This document shows, piece after piece, positions 53,711 through 64,000 of a DNA stretch of 64,000 nucleotides. Below the pieces are notes generated by a model, which did no database searches, was not told the origin of the DNA, and saw nothing but the letters and a program-made list of their open reading frames with translations. The stretch's first letter is position 1; the number at the start of each line of letters is the position of its first letter. This DNA is from an uncultured Trueperaceae bacterium (GTDB taxonomy: Bacteria; Deinococcota; Deinococci; Deinococcales; Trueperaceae), in contig CAWCXJ010000007.1 of assembly GCA_963799485.1 (NCBI GenBank), positions 504,401 through 568,400 on the forward strand. The letters run 5' to 3'. The position numbers and the translations under genes are program-made.

Positions 53711-54919
53711 ATGTGTGAACGTCCGGAACCGCCGGATGGCGAGCCGTTGCGCGTGCAGCAGGCCAGTTCATCTCACCTATCAAACGCAGAACACCGCGCT
53801 TTACCAGAACCACCTGACGAGTCGTGGATGCACCTCGCTTTGCAGTTAGCGGCTCGAGGTCTCGGACGCACTGCGCCCAACCCGCCGGTCGGGTGTGTGC
53901 TGGTTCAGAGCGGGACGGTCGTGGGACAGGGCTTCCACGCGAGGGCAGGAGAACCTCACGCTGAGGTGCTCGCCCTACGCGACGCTGGACAGGCCGCAAA
54001 AGGTGCAACTGCCTACGTCACGCTCGAGCCTTGTGCTCACTATGGACGCACTCCGCCCTGCGCGGACGCACTCATCGCGGCTGGCGTTCGGCGCGTCGTG
54101 ATCGCTGCGCTCGACCCCAACCCCGCCGTGGCAGGTGCAGGTCTCACCTCACTGCGTGACGCGGGCCTCGAGGTTTGCTGGGGGGTGCTCGAGCAGAACG
54201 CGGTGCGCCAGCAAGCCGGTTTTCGGAGTCTGATCGGGCGCGGTCGTCCGTGGGTCGTTTACAAAACCGCCATGACCTTAGACGGCAAAGTTGCCACGGC
54301 TTCGGGCGCTAGCAGGTGGGTGAGTAGCGACGCAGCGCGCGCTTTGGTACACCGCTGGCGAGACCGTGTGGACGCCGTTGCCGTCGGCAGCGGAACCGTT
54401 TTAGCTGATGATCCCCATCTCGGTACGCGGGATGTCGCTGCTGGTCGGGACGCCCGCCCTGTTATCTTCGACCGCCGCGCGCGTACCCCGCTCGGTGCCC
54501 GTGTTGTGCGTCCTGAGAGTATTTTGGTCACCTCTAAAACCGCCTCGGCAGCGGCGTTTGAACATATGGGGGTGACGGTCGTTCGCGCTGCCGACGAAGC
54601 CGAAGCGCTAGCGGCGCTTGGGCAGCTCGGCGTGAGTACGGTGCTGCTCGAGAGCGGGCCGACGCTCGCCGGGGCTCTTCTAAGCGCCGGGTTAATCGAC
54701 GAGGTACGAACTTTCGTCGCACCGAAACTGCTCGGTGCGGGCTTGTCACCGCTGTCAGCGCCACCTACGGTCTCGATGAATGAAGCGCAACTGCTACAAG
54801 GCGTGCAGGTCGAAAGCGTAGGTCAAGACATCCTGATTCGCGGCTACCTCTCGGAGATCCCGCGCCTCGAGACGGACGCTTTTGACCTCTACTCAGCTAA
54901 AGCAAGGAGCTGCGCCTGA
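53711..54919 (+). CDS. ribD: Riboflavin biosynthesis deaminase/reductase RibD (start uncertain)
   Basis: PNPPVGCV, HAE, TLEPCAHYGRTPPC, TLDGK. Confidence 0.93.
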   Translation: MCERPEPPDGEPLRVQQASSSHLSNAEHRALPEPPDESWMHLALQLAARGLGRTAPNPPVGCVLVQSGTVVGQGFHARAGEPHAEVLALRDAGQAAKGATAYVTLEPCAHYGRTPPCADALIAAGVRRVVIAALDPNPAVAGAGLTSLRDAGLEVCWGVLEQNAVRQQAGFRSLIGRGRPWVVYKTAMTLDGKVATASGASRWVSSDAARALVHRWRDRVDAVAVGSGTVLADDPHLGTRDVAAGRDARPVIFDRRARTPLGARVVRPESILVTSKTASAAAFEHMGVTVVRAADEAEALAALGQLGVSTVLLESGPTLAGALLSAGLIDEVRTFVAPKLLGAGLSPLSAPPTVSMNEAQLLQGVQVESVGQDILIRGYLSEIPRLETDAFDLYSAKARSCA

Positions 54920-55554
54920 TGTTTACCGGAATTGTCGAACAAACCGCGCGCGTGTCGCAGGCTCAGCTTAAGGACGGCTACCTGCGCGTCACGCTCGAGC
55001 CCACGCAGATGTGGTCAGACCTTTCACTAGGAGAAAGCGTTGCGTGTAATGGCGTCTGCCTTACCGTGGTCGCGTGGAACGAAACGCACTTTACCGTCGA
55101 GCTATCGCAAGAAACCCTAGCAAAAACCTCGGCGCGTTGGCAACCGGGAAGCCTTGTCAACCTCGAGCGCGCCCTCAAAGCCGACGCCCGTTTGGGGGGA
55201 CATTTCGTCAGTGGTCACGTTGACGGCGTCGGTACGGTCTTAAACCTCTCAGAAGTGCCGGGCGCGTTTATCGTCGATATTGAAACGTCTGCCGAGCTAG
55301 CCAAGTATCTGGTTCCCAAGGGTAGCGTCACCGTAGACGGGGTAAGTCTCACCGTCGTTGCCGTCGGTGGGGCCGCTGGCAATACCCAGGAGTTGACGCA
55401 CAACCAGTTTAGGCTTTGGCTGGTGCCGCACACGCTGAACGTTACCGGCCTTAGGGACTGGCGCGTGGGAACCCCCGTAAACGTCGAGGCCGACCAGCTC
55501 GCTAAATACCTCGAGCGGCTCGTTGCCCTGCGTGAACCGGAGGTTGCCCGGTGA
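54919..55554 (+). CDS. ribE: Riboflavin synthase
   Basis: [25 protein letters not shown]. Confidence 0.95.
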   Translation: MFTGIVEQTARVSQAQLKDGYLRVTLEPTQMWSDLSLGESVACNGVCLTVVAWNETHFTVELSQETLAKTSARWQPGSLVNLERALKADARLGGHFVSGHVDGVGTVLNLSEVPGAFIVDIETSAELAKYLVPKGSVTVDGVSLTVVAVGGAAGNTQELTHNQFRLWLVPHTLNVTGLRDWRVGTPVNVEADQLAKYLERLVALREPEVAR

Positions 55555-56762
55555 GTTTCGCAGTGAATTTCGCGACGATCCCCGAACTGCTCGCCGAGCT
55601 GCGGGCCGGACGACCCATAGTTATGGTGGACGACGCCTCACGTGAAAACGAAGGCGACGTGATCTTACCGGCGGAACAGGCCAGCCCCGAGTGGGTCAAC
55701 TTTATGGCGCGTGAAGCCAGAGGGCTGATCTGCGTCAGCTTATCGCCGGCGCGGGCACGTCAGCTGGCTTTAGGGCCGATGGTCGTGAACAACACCGACG
55801 CGCACGGCACAGCTTTTACTGTGAGCGTTGACCACACCGAGACGAGCACCGGCATCAGCGCCGCTGACCGGTCGCTTACTATTCGGGCGCTGGCTGCGTC
55901 CGGCTCCGTTGCCGCTGTCTTCCGCAGGCCCGGACACGTCTTTCCTTTAGTTGCCCGTCGAGGCGGGGTCTTAGCGCGACCCGGCCACACCGAAGCAGCG
56001 CTCGATTTATCACGTCTGGCCGGGTTCAGCGGCGCTGCAGCGATCTGCGAGATTATGAACGACGACGGCAGTATGGCGCGGCTTCCTGAACTGCGCACGT
56101 TCGCCGAGAAGCACGGGCTCAAACTCGGGTGTATCGCCGACCTCATCGCCCACCGCACAGAGAAAGACGGAGGGCTCGAGCGTGTTACCGAAGCGAAGTT
56201 GCCGACCACCTACGGAGCCTTTAAGGTTATCGGCTTTGACGATACCCTCACCGGAGCCGAACACGTCGCGCTTGTTATGGGTGAGGTTGCTGACGGAGCC
56301 ACACTGTTACGGGTTCACAGCGAGTGTTTAACGGGCGACGTCTTGGGGTCTACACGTTGTGACTGTGGGCCTCAGCTCGACGCGGCGCTGCGTGCGATTG
56401 CCGCCGAAGGTTGTGGCGTGCTGCTCTACTTACGCCAGGAGGGGCGCGGCATCGGTCTCCTGAACAAACTTCGTGCCTATGCCCTGCAAGACGAAGGGCT
56501 CGACACGGTTGCGGCAAACGAGCATCTGGGGTTTCCGGCTGACGCTAGAGATTTCGGCGTGGCGGCAAAGATACTGGCTCAGTTGGGTGTAACGCGTGTG
56601 CGGCTGATGACGAACAATCCGGACAAGCTCGAGAGTTTGCGGGGTTCCGGCATCGAGATCTCTGAACGCATCCCGCTTGCTGTAGGACGTAATCCCGACA
56701 ACGCGTTCTACCTCGAGGTCAAAAAAAAGCACTTTGGTCATCTGTTTGAACCGACGCCTTGA
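55551..56762 (+). CDS. ribBA: Bifunctional DHBP synthase / GTP cyclohydrolase II
   Basis: [34 protein letters not shown]. Confidence 0.95.
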   Translation: MSFAVNFATIPELLAELRAGRPIVMVDDASRENEGDVILPAEQASPEWVNFMAREARGLICVSLSPARARQLALGPMVVNNTDAHGTAFTVSVDHTETSTGISAADRSLTIRALAASGSVAAVFRRPGHVFPLVARRGGVLARPGHTEAALDLSRLAGFSGAAAICEIMNDDGSMARLPELRTFAEKHGLKLGCIADLIAHRTEKDGGLERVTEAKLPTTYGAFKVIGFDDTLTGAEHVALVMGEVADGATLLRVHSECLTGDVLGSTRCDCGPQLDAALRAIAAEGCGVLLYLRQEGRGIGLLNKLRAYALQDEGLDTVAANEHLGFPADARDFGVAAKILAQLGVTRVRLMTNNPDKLESLRGSGIEISERIPLAVGRNPDNAFYLEVKKKHFGHLFEPTP

Positions 56763-56780
56763 CCCCGTTATGGAGAACTT

Positions 56781-57257
56781 ATGAAACGTATCGAGGGTAA
56801 CCTTATCGCTACCGGGCTTAAGCTCGCAGTCGTTGCGACCCGGTGGAATCACTTTATCGTAGATCGTTTGGTCGAGGGTGCACACACCGCTTTTATACAG
56901 CACGGCGGTCACACCGATGACCTCGAGCTTTACGTCGTCCCCGGCTCGTTCGAGGTGCCGCTGCTTGCAAAACGCATAGCCGAGGGTGGCCGCCATGACG
57001 CCGTGGTATGTCTGGGCGCAGTGATTCGCGGTGCTACAAGCCATTATGATCTTGTAGCCGGTGAAGCGAGTTCAGGGCTGGCCCGCGTTGCGTTCGACAC
57101 CGGGGTACCGGTAGCTTTCGGTATCTTGACGACCGACACTACGGAACAAGCTATTGAACGCGCTGGTACAAAAGCAGGGAATAAGGGTGCAGAGGCGCTG
57201 CTCGCAGCGGTCGAGATGGTTCAGATACTCCAGCAACTGCCTTCTAACACACCTTAA
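56781..57257 (+). CDS. ribH: 6,7-dimethyl-8-ribityllumazine synthase
   Basis: VPGSFEVP, LGAVIRGATSHY, GNKG. Confidence 0.96.
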   Translation: MKRIEGNLIATGLKLAVVATRWNHFIVDRLVEGAHTAFIQHGGHTDDLELYVVPGSFEVPLLAKRIAEGGRHDAVVCLGAVIRGATSHYDLVAGEASSGLARVAFDTGVPVAFGILTTDTTEQAIERAGTKAGNKGAEALLAAVEMVQILQQLPSNTP

Positions 57258-57448
57258 ATTCTACTCAAGAAGTCTTAGAGAGGTGGTTTTTGGTTTATGC
57301 GGCTAATCGGGCCGTCTCTAGCGTAAGCCCCGGCAGCCCGACAGTTAGCCAAAACGACCGTTTTTTGCTAGGGTCTTAATGCTGAAAACAGAGGCGTGCT
57401 AGACAGGTGTTTCAAGAGGAAAAATGAGCCCCCTTGTATGTTGAGGAT

Positions 57449-58552
<1,104 letters not shown>

Positions 58553-58757
58553 CAAATGACACAGTTGCTTTTTTGATAGGGGGGCTCGAGCCTGGATATG
58601 ACGCGATCATATGCAAAATCAGATAACGGCAACTTAGGCAGGGCTGGGGAAGTGGTGAAAAATCACGAACGCTGGTGCGTCTTTCTCACGCGCTCACCGC
58701 AACCATCAAGCAAGCTAGCTGCAAAAGCACCGTAACCGCCGTGGACTACTCTGTCTC

Positions 58758-59057
58758 ATGGAACCCGAAAACCTACATGTTCACATCGAATCCCAACAAG
58801 ACCACTCATCTTGGTACGGCAGCTTTATCGAATTTGCCAGAACAAACAGCCTCGCGCCGTGGGAGATGTACGGCATTTGCAAACAGCTCGAGCTGACCGG
58901 CAAGGTCGAGGTTAGCGGGTGTGGCTCGGCGCGTTACACGCTGCGAAGTGGAAACCTGCCCCGCCATCCACAAGCGCCGAGGTTGAGGACGTCTTTACGT
59001 CGCTATCTACACCGTGGCATGAGTTCGCCAGGCTTAAGCTGGAACGTAAAACGTTAG
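58758..59057 (+). CDS. Hypothetical protein
   Basis: 99-aa ORF followed by a hairpin; no recognisable motif. Confidence 0.35.
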   Translation: MEPENLHVHIESQQDHSSWYGSFIEFARTNSLAPWEMYGICKQLELTGKVEVSGCGSARYTLRSGNLPRHPQAPRLRTSLRRYLHRGMSSPGLSWNVKR

Positions 59058-59072
59058 GCAACGTCTCCAAAC

Positions 59073-59105
59073 GAAGTAGGGCGTCCCAGATAGGACGCCT
59101 ACTTC
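59073..59105. terminator. Hairpin between convergent genes
   Basis: GAAGTAGG(G)CGTCC-cagata-GGACGCCTACTTC. Confidence 0.55.
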
Positions 59106-59116
59106 CTACGAAAATC

Positions 59117-60082
59117 TTACTGAGCCGCGCGAATGAGTTTCTGAGCACTGGTGATAAGCACAGTGGCGTCCGCAGTTGCGATGGCCTTCTTCTTGCCTTT
59201 GCTCTGCGCTTTAACCTGATTGGTAAAAGCTTTGAGGTTGTTTGCCCCGACCTTATCTTGGTTACGGGTAAAAGCTTTTGTCGCGCTGTTAAGCTTGGCG
59301 ATCAGTGGGCGTTCGACTTTCGCTTTGAGCGGTAGAGCTTGCACCATACCCACAATGTCCTGAACGGCATCTTCGAGATTTTCAACTTCAAGTGAAACGT
59401 TGTCGAGCGACAAGTTGGTATCGCCTAGACCGTCTTTGGAGAAGCTAAAGCGCAGCGTGTGGGCTTTGTCATCGGTGTAGTCCGAGAGGTCAATGTCGAC
59501 GTCGTCGTAACCCTCTGTGAAGTCGTCTTCGTCTTGAAGGTCAGCTGAGGTGAGCGTGTAGACGACCCGGTTATCCAGGTACACCGTAAAGGTGAATACC
59601 GAGGCACTCGTAGCACCCGCCCACAGGTCGAACTCGAGTTCGGCGTCGCCGCGCGGCAAAGTTACCTTTTGCTCGAGTGTTTCGGTAACGCTGTCTGAGG
59701 TTCCACCGAACCAGGCCCAGACGGCACCGTCTTCGGGAGCCGCGCTGCCCATACCGCCGCCGCATACGGCCACAGTGCAGAGCAGTCCAGGGGTAGCCGT
59801 CCAGTAGGGGTTTTGTATTCCGGCTTCAAAACCGCCGTCAGTCACCGCTTCGACGGCGTCTTCGTCGCTGTCCTCGTCTTCATTGTCATTCTCGTTTTCG
59901 TCTTCGCTGTCATCTTCGGACAAAGGCCGGACGGCGTAAGCGCCGGGTTTTAGGTTTTGTTTCGAGACGTCGCGCTGGGGCGTGGCGGTATTAACCCCGC
60001 TGCAAGCCGCGAGGGTGACGAGAAGCGCGAGGAGCGCTGCTAGTTTGAGCAGGCGTGAGTTACCTTTAGAACCTACGGTCAT
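59117..60082 (-). CDS. Lipoprotein with acidic beta-sandwich (CBM-like) domain and helical C-terminal (FIMAH-like) domain
   Basis: LAAC lipobox; DGGFE...W...LDNVSL; LKAFTNQVKAQ...A.VLI; AAGGAG RBS. Confidence 0.75.
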   Translation of the reverse strand: MTVGSKGNSRLLKLAALLALLVTLAACSGVNTATPQRDVSKQNLKPGAYAVRPLSEDDSEDENENDNEDEDSDEDAVEAVTDGGFEAGIQNPYWTATPGLLCTVAVCGGGMGSAAPEDGAVWAWFGGTSDSVTETLEQKVTLPRGDAELEFDLWAGATSASVFTFTVYLDNRVVYTLTSADLQDEDDFTEGYDDVDIDLSDYTDDKAHTLRFSFSKDGLGDTNLSLDNVSLEVENLEDAVQDIVGMVQALPLKAKVERPLIAKLNSATKAFTRNQDKVGANNLKAFTNQVKAQSKGKKKAIATADATVLITSAQKLIRAAQ

Positions 60083-60357
60083 GATGATTTAACTCCTTGA
60101 GAAAACGAAAGTGAAGATGTTGAGCCGCGTTGAATACCACCGTGAGTTTTTCCTTTAGGTTCCTCCGCTAGACAACACAAGGTTGTCGTAGTTGGTTTTA
60201 TAAAACTACTTTACAGGGCATTTCTTACAGTTTTCTTACACGTTTTGGATGCTATAGGTCAGCACGCGAGAACAAGAGGTTACGGTGATGCAACAGGCTG
60301 CCGAGCATTTCAGTACGGCCCTAACCCTTTACAGGACGCTGAGCGCTAGAGTACAGC

Positions 60358-60486
60358 CTAAGCGGACGCGCGAGGGGTGGTAGGCGGTTTTATCCGTGCT
60401 GCAGATTTGCCTTCAAAACCAACCGGGACGAGCGAACGCCACCAGCGCCGGAGTTCACGTTTTAGTCTGGCTTGCCTTCGTTTCAA
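60358..60486 (-). CDS. Arg/Trp-rich micro-ORF, copy A (42 aa, TTG start)
   Basis: MKRRQARLKRELRRWWRSLVP...; paralogous to 62402-62485 with mostly synonymous differences. Confidence 0.5.
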   Translation of the reverse strand: MKRRQARLKRELRRWWRSLVPVGFEGKSAARIKPPTTPRASA

Positions 60487-60650
60487 AAAATCTGCCCCCG
60501 AAGGTACTTTATCTGTCATTTGTCAGTTTTGCGTGAGGGGTATTTAACACTTAACCCCGTTCAACCCTCTATGGGTCAACGAACGCTAATATGCAGCTCA
60601 AACGGGCGCACCAGGAGTAGTCAAAGCTCAGCAGCGTCGGTAATAGCCGC

Positions 60651-60945
60651 TCACCTGCGTCCCATCTTTGCGGGTGTAACCAAACCACTGACATAGCAGC
60701 GCCCGCTGTTGCTTGAAGACGGTGAAGGCGCACGGTAGGTCGGTACAAGACTCGGTGTAGCAGCGACTGGGGCTGCCGTAGGGACTTCAGTCAGTGTGAC
60801 CCGATAATCCCCATCAGCCGACGCGGCAACAATAATCGTCCCTTGCAGGTCAGTGCGGTACACCTGCGCGCCTACGCTGTCGTATAAAGCGAGTGCTTCG
60901 ACCGATGGATGACCATACGAATTGTCTAACCCTACCGAATAGATA
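60651..60945 (-). pseudogene. C-terminal fragment of ComEC/Rec2-like metallo-beta-lactamase
   Basis: SVGLDNSYGHPSVEAL...VYRTDLQGTIIV; N-terminal part absent. Confidence 0.7.
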
Positions 60946-61384
60946 TTGTCATGATACCAATGACTACTATCGGTGGAAGGCATACAAATTTTTGAAAAAG
61001 GACGAACTACCGACATTTCAGAGGTTTATGAATATCCGAAGTGCTGTGTTTGCATCACTAACACGGAAGCAACTCTGAGTTCAGGTTACAACAACATCCA
61101 AATAGCCAGCGAATGTGTAATTCTTTATGGAAAGGCGACAGCTTTTATGCTTTCAAAGGCTCACTAACTTCTCTAGCTCACTGCTCGAAACTACGTACTT
61201 GCAATCTTCGCCTTACGGATCAAAGGAGCAGCGGCACACAGAGCGCTTTTTCTGCTTGTACATCTAAGCGACGCTAGGTTGCGTCTTTGGGACAGGAGGC
61301 CGACGAAAACCAGAAAGGCCGGTTTTACATTTCGCAGTATCCATAAACTAACTGTTTTTGCTTCAATTTCAGAGGAGATAGTAA

Positions 61385-62056
61385 ATGACTGATAAATCAG
61401 TGAACCAACCTAAGCGCTTTATCACGAGCTTACGCCTGTTAAGTGCAGCGTTCGTGCTGATGGTTCTTATTGCAGCCTGCGGGCAAGCGCCTACTGGCTT
61501 AAGTCCCGAGTACAGCCGGGGTGATTCGCTCAGAGCTGTCTCGTACATCAACGGCGACGCCGGAGCCAACGCCGACGTCAACGCAAACTCGAGTTGCTCC
61601 AGCCCCGACCGCTACGACCGTCAGCGCTTGAGCGACCCGGCTTCGGGTAACCCCGGCAACCGCAACGTTCACAATGACGCTTGCTTCTTCAAAGATTCGT
61701 ATTACGGGGGGTACCGCAACATTTCCACGCAATCGCATGACGGGGGCAGCTACAACTATAACGAGAAGCAAGACGCGCCTGCTTCGTTCCAGTCTACCGG
61801 TGTCGGCTACATCAGTGCTTGCCCCGACCCGGATGGTGCCGGTCCCAAGTTTGCTCGCCTCAGCGCCGACAAGAAACTTTGCTTTCAGAGCGGCTACCAA
61901 GAGACCGGCAAAGCGGGCGACAAAGAGTTCCACGCCCGCATGAACAACAACAGTACGCCGGGTACGCAGAATGTTGTCTGGTGTAAAGATGATGACCGCA
62001 ACGGTTGCTCCGATGAGCGGGTCAAAGACCGCATTACCGTCGAGTGGTTCCGCTAG
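61385..62056 (+). CDS. Cys-containing putative lipoprotein
   Basis: IAAC lipobox; GAGGAG RBS; D-rich loops (CPDPDG, CKDDDRNGC). Confidence 0.7.
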   Translation: MTDKSVNQPKRFITSLRLLSAAFVLMVLIAACGQAPTGLSPEYSRGDSLRAVSYINGDAGANADVNANSSCSSPDRYDRQRLSDPASGNPGNRNVHNDACFFKDSYYGGYRNISTQSHDGGSYNYNEKQDAPASFQSTGVGYISACPDPDGAGPKFARLSADKKLCFQSGYQETGKAGDKEFHARMNNNSTPGTQNVVWCKDDDRNGCSDERVKDRITVEWFR

Positions 62057-62191
62057 CCACCTGAACTGTCCCGATAGGGCTCGAGCTTCTCCCGGACGCC
62101 TGACGGCTCCGGGGGCGGTTCGGGTAGGTCAACGCATTTTCTCGATTTCAAACTTAAATTAGCGGAGAGGGTGTTTTACGACTTTCCAAGG

Positions 62192-62400
62192 CTAATCTGC
62201 CGACTCTCCATGCACCTCTACCCGTGCCAGCGGTGCCGGTTTCCCGTCCCGCCGGTCTTTCATGGCCTCGAGTTCGTGCAGCGCCCGGTAGAGGATACGC
62301 TCGAGGTGCCCTTCATACCGTTGCACCTTTTGCACGTCCTTTTCGCTGAGCATGACCGCGTGGTTTTGCTGTTCGGTTAGATGTGCCCTGGCCCGGTCGC
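62192..62400 (-). pseudogene. C-terminal fragment of a hypothetical protein
   Basis: Manual translation ...KVQRYEGHLERILYRALHELEAMKDRRDGKPAPLARVEV...*; no clear start. Confidence 0.45.
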
Positions 62401-62401
62401 T

Positions 62402-62485
62402 TTATTTATTCGCGAGTCCTGCCGGGACCAACGAGCGCCACCAGCGCCGCAATTCACGTTTTAATCGAGCTTGTTTGCGTTTCAT
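62402..62485 (-). CDS. Arg/Trp-rich micro-ORF, copy B (27 aa)
   Basis: MKRKQARLKRELRRWWRSLVPAGLANK*; purine-rich GAGGTACAAGGGAAG upstream. Confidence 0.55.
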   Translation of the reverse strand: MKRKQARLKRELRRWWRSLVPAGLANK

Positions 62486-62674
62486 CTTCCCTTGTACCTC
62501 CGACAGCACCCTACCCGTCGTCTGTCAGCACCCTGTGAGGTTTTCTTGACATGCTGTTCCGCTGACCCTTGCGGCTAACCGCTGTAGATGTACCCCGCAC
62601 TCAAGTGCCCCTGAAGCCAGAGAAGGCGACGTGCTGGTCGAACTCAACAGCAGCGACCTAGACGGCGAGGTGCG

Positions 62675-63015
62675 TTACGCCGTGGACTTCGAGGCGACTG
62701 AGCAGCGTAAGAAAAGCGTAAGAAAGAAGCCAATGGGATAGAGTAAGTCGCCGACCAGTGAGGGCTGATTCGGTACGGCGGCGGTAACGACGGCACGCGC
62801 CAAGAACGGAAAGCCGAGAATCAGTTCGGCGGCGAGTGCGCCCCAGGTGAAAGTGCTGGTCGGGCGCTCGAGTTCGTGCGCCGCCGTTGCCAGCACCCGC
62901 CGGAAGATGTCGTCGGTGCTAAAAAAGTCGTCGAGCGCGCTGCCTTCATCGGGCGCGTCGGGCATGGCTTCGCTTGGGGTTTGGGGGCATTTTCGTCTTG
63001 TTTGTTAAAAGCCAT
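62675..63015 (-). pseudogene. Formate/nitrite transporter family N-terminal fragment
   Basis: IFRRVLATAAHELERPTSTFTWGALAA...LLYPIGF; frameshifted, truncated, with IS982 abutting its start. Confidence 0.65.
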
Positions 63016-63019
63016 AGTA

Positions 63020-63902
63020 ACCTCGGGTGCTAGTCGAACAGAAACAGGATGAGGTTGTGAGCCGCGACTTTGCGGCAGACACTGGCACGAATGCTCCAAA
63101 AAGAGTTGAGCTGTTGCAAGGCAATATTGCGACATCTTGCGAGTGAGGAGAAAACAGCCTCGACAGACTTTCTGGCACGAGCGAAGAAGTCACACCAGCA
63201 GCCGGGTTCTTTGGCGTTTTGCTTGGGTGGGGTGTAGATGCCTAAACCCTGATAGCCTTTGTCGCCGATGATGCTGTTTAGGTCATCGCCAGAAGCGTCC
63301 AAGCGACACTTGCCCACGGTGACATCACTTTCATTGGCTGGCACGATGGCAAAACGACAGCTAGCACCCTGACCCGTGCAAACGGCGTGAAGTTTAAAGC
63401 CGTAGAAGCGTTTGGTTGCCCCACCGCGTCCAGAGGTAGCTTCGGTCATCCTTCTTGGTCTTGGGTAGCGAACACCCTTGCAGATAGGCAGCGGCTTGGA
63501 GTCGACCAGCTACACCCCATCATGCTGAGCAATCAGCATAGCTAAGTCCGCATAGATGCGTTCGAAGTTACGGCTCACTCGGTAAAAACGTGTGATATGA
63601 GGCAGGTCGGGGAACAAAGCGCCGTATTCACGCTGCACCAGCAAGTACCACAAGCCTTGATTTTTCTGCTGAAGTATCTCGCCGACCAGAACAATGGTGA
63701 GCAACTCGGCGTAGCTGGATTTTTGTTGGCGCTTTTTAGGCAACTTGAAGCGTCCTAAGCGTTCTGAGGCTTGTAGATAGTCGTCTATCAGGACATATAC
63801 GATTGTGAAAAGGTCTGTTACATTATGCTTTGAGAGAAGATCAACGGTTCGCATGACCTATCTTCTCTCATCTTTTACCCCTTTTCTACTAGCACTCGAG
63901 GT
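63020..63902 (-). mobile_element. IS982-family element, copy 2 (883 bp, inverted relative to copy 1)
   Basis: Near-identical to 38177-39059 including the in-frame TAG; one visible substitution (CLLD vs CRLD); no matching 5-bp TSD. Confidence 0.92.
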
Positions 63903-64000
63903 TATTAAATGTAATTGTCTTGTCGGAGGCTTTTGGGGGTGAAGTCGCTTCACGCGACGGCGATGTCTCGCTTTCGGGTAGTAATGAACCGAGAACTGCC

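Overview
A 64-kb GC-rich bacterial chromosome segment, most likely Deinococcota (Trueperaceae-like). The assignment rests on the gene set (carH-ldrP, short mutL next to mutS, smpB-amidase-GerMN) and on frequent leaderless TAnnnT-N5-7-ATG starts. Bases 1-37.8 kb are mostly housekeeping (smpB, fluC, asnS/aspS/hisS, tal, recA, trmB, sugar ABC ATPase, bamA, PNP/yggS/divIVA, carH/ldrP, rnhA, csp, rpoZ, mutL/mutS) with several gene remnants and a decayed IS1. From tRNA-Pro(GGG) at 37805-37881 to the window end lies a decaying integrated island. It carries a tyrosine integrase interrupted by IS982, RHH/primase-rep/excisionase genes, two probable TA pairs, a type I R-M locus with frameshifted hsdR, TetR-SDR, an FMN-riboswitch rib operon, lipoproteins and a second, inverted IS982 copy. 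The standout is a complete IS110 (IS621-like) element at 57433-58569. Its non-coding left end folds into a compact two-loop bridge RNA whose guides match both the element's own junction and the genomic target, and its ends form a promoter only on circularisation. Other items worth checking: an identical in-frame amber codon in both IS982 copies, two unannotated paralogous Arg/Trp-rich micro-ORFs, an isolated 30-bp repeat/37-bp spacer unit, strong CTCGAG over-representation, and a palindrome over the recA promoter. All calls are by eye from motifs; no database searches were run.
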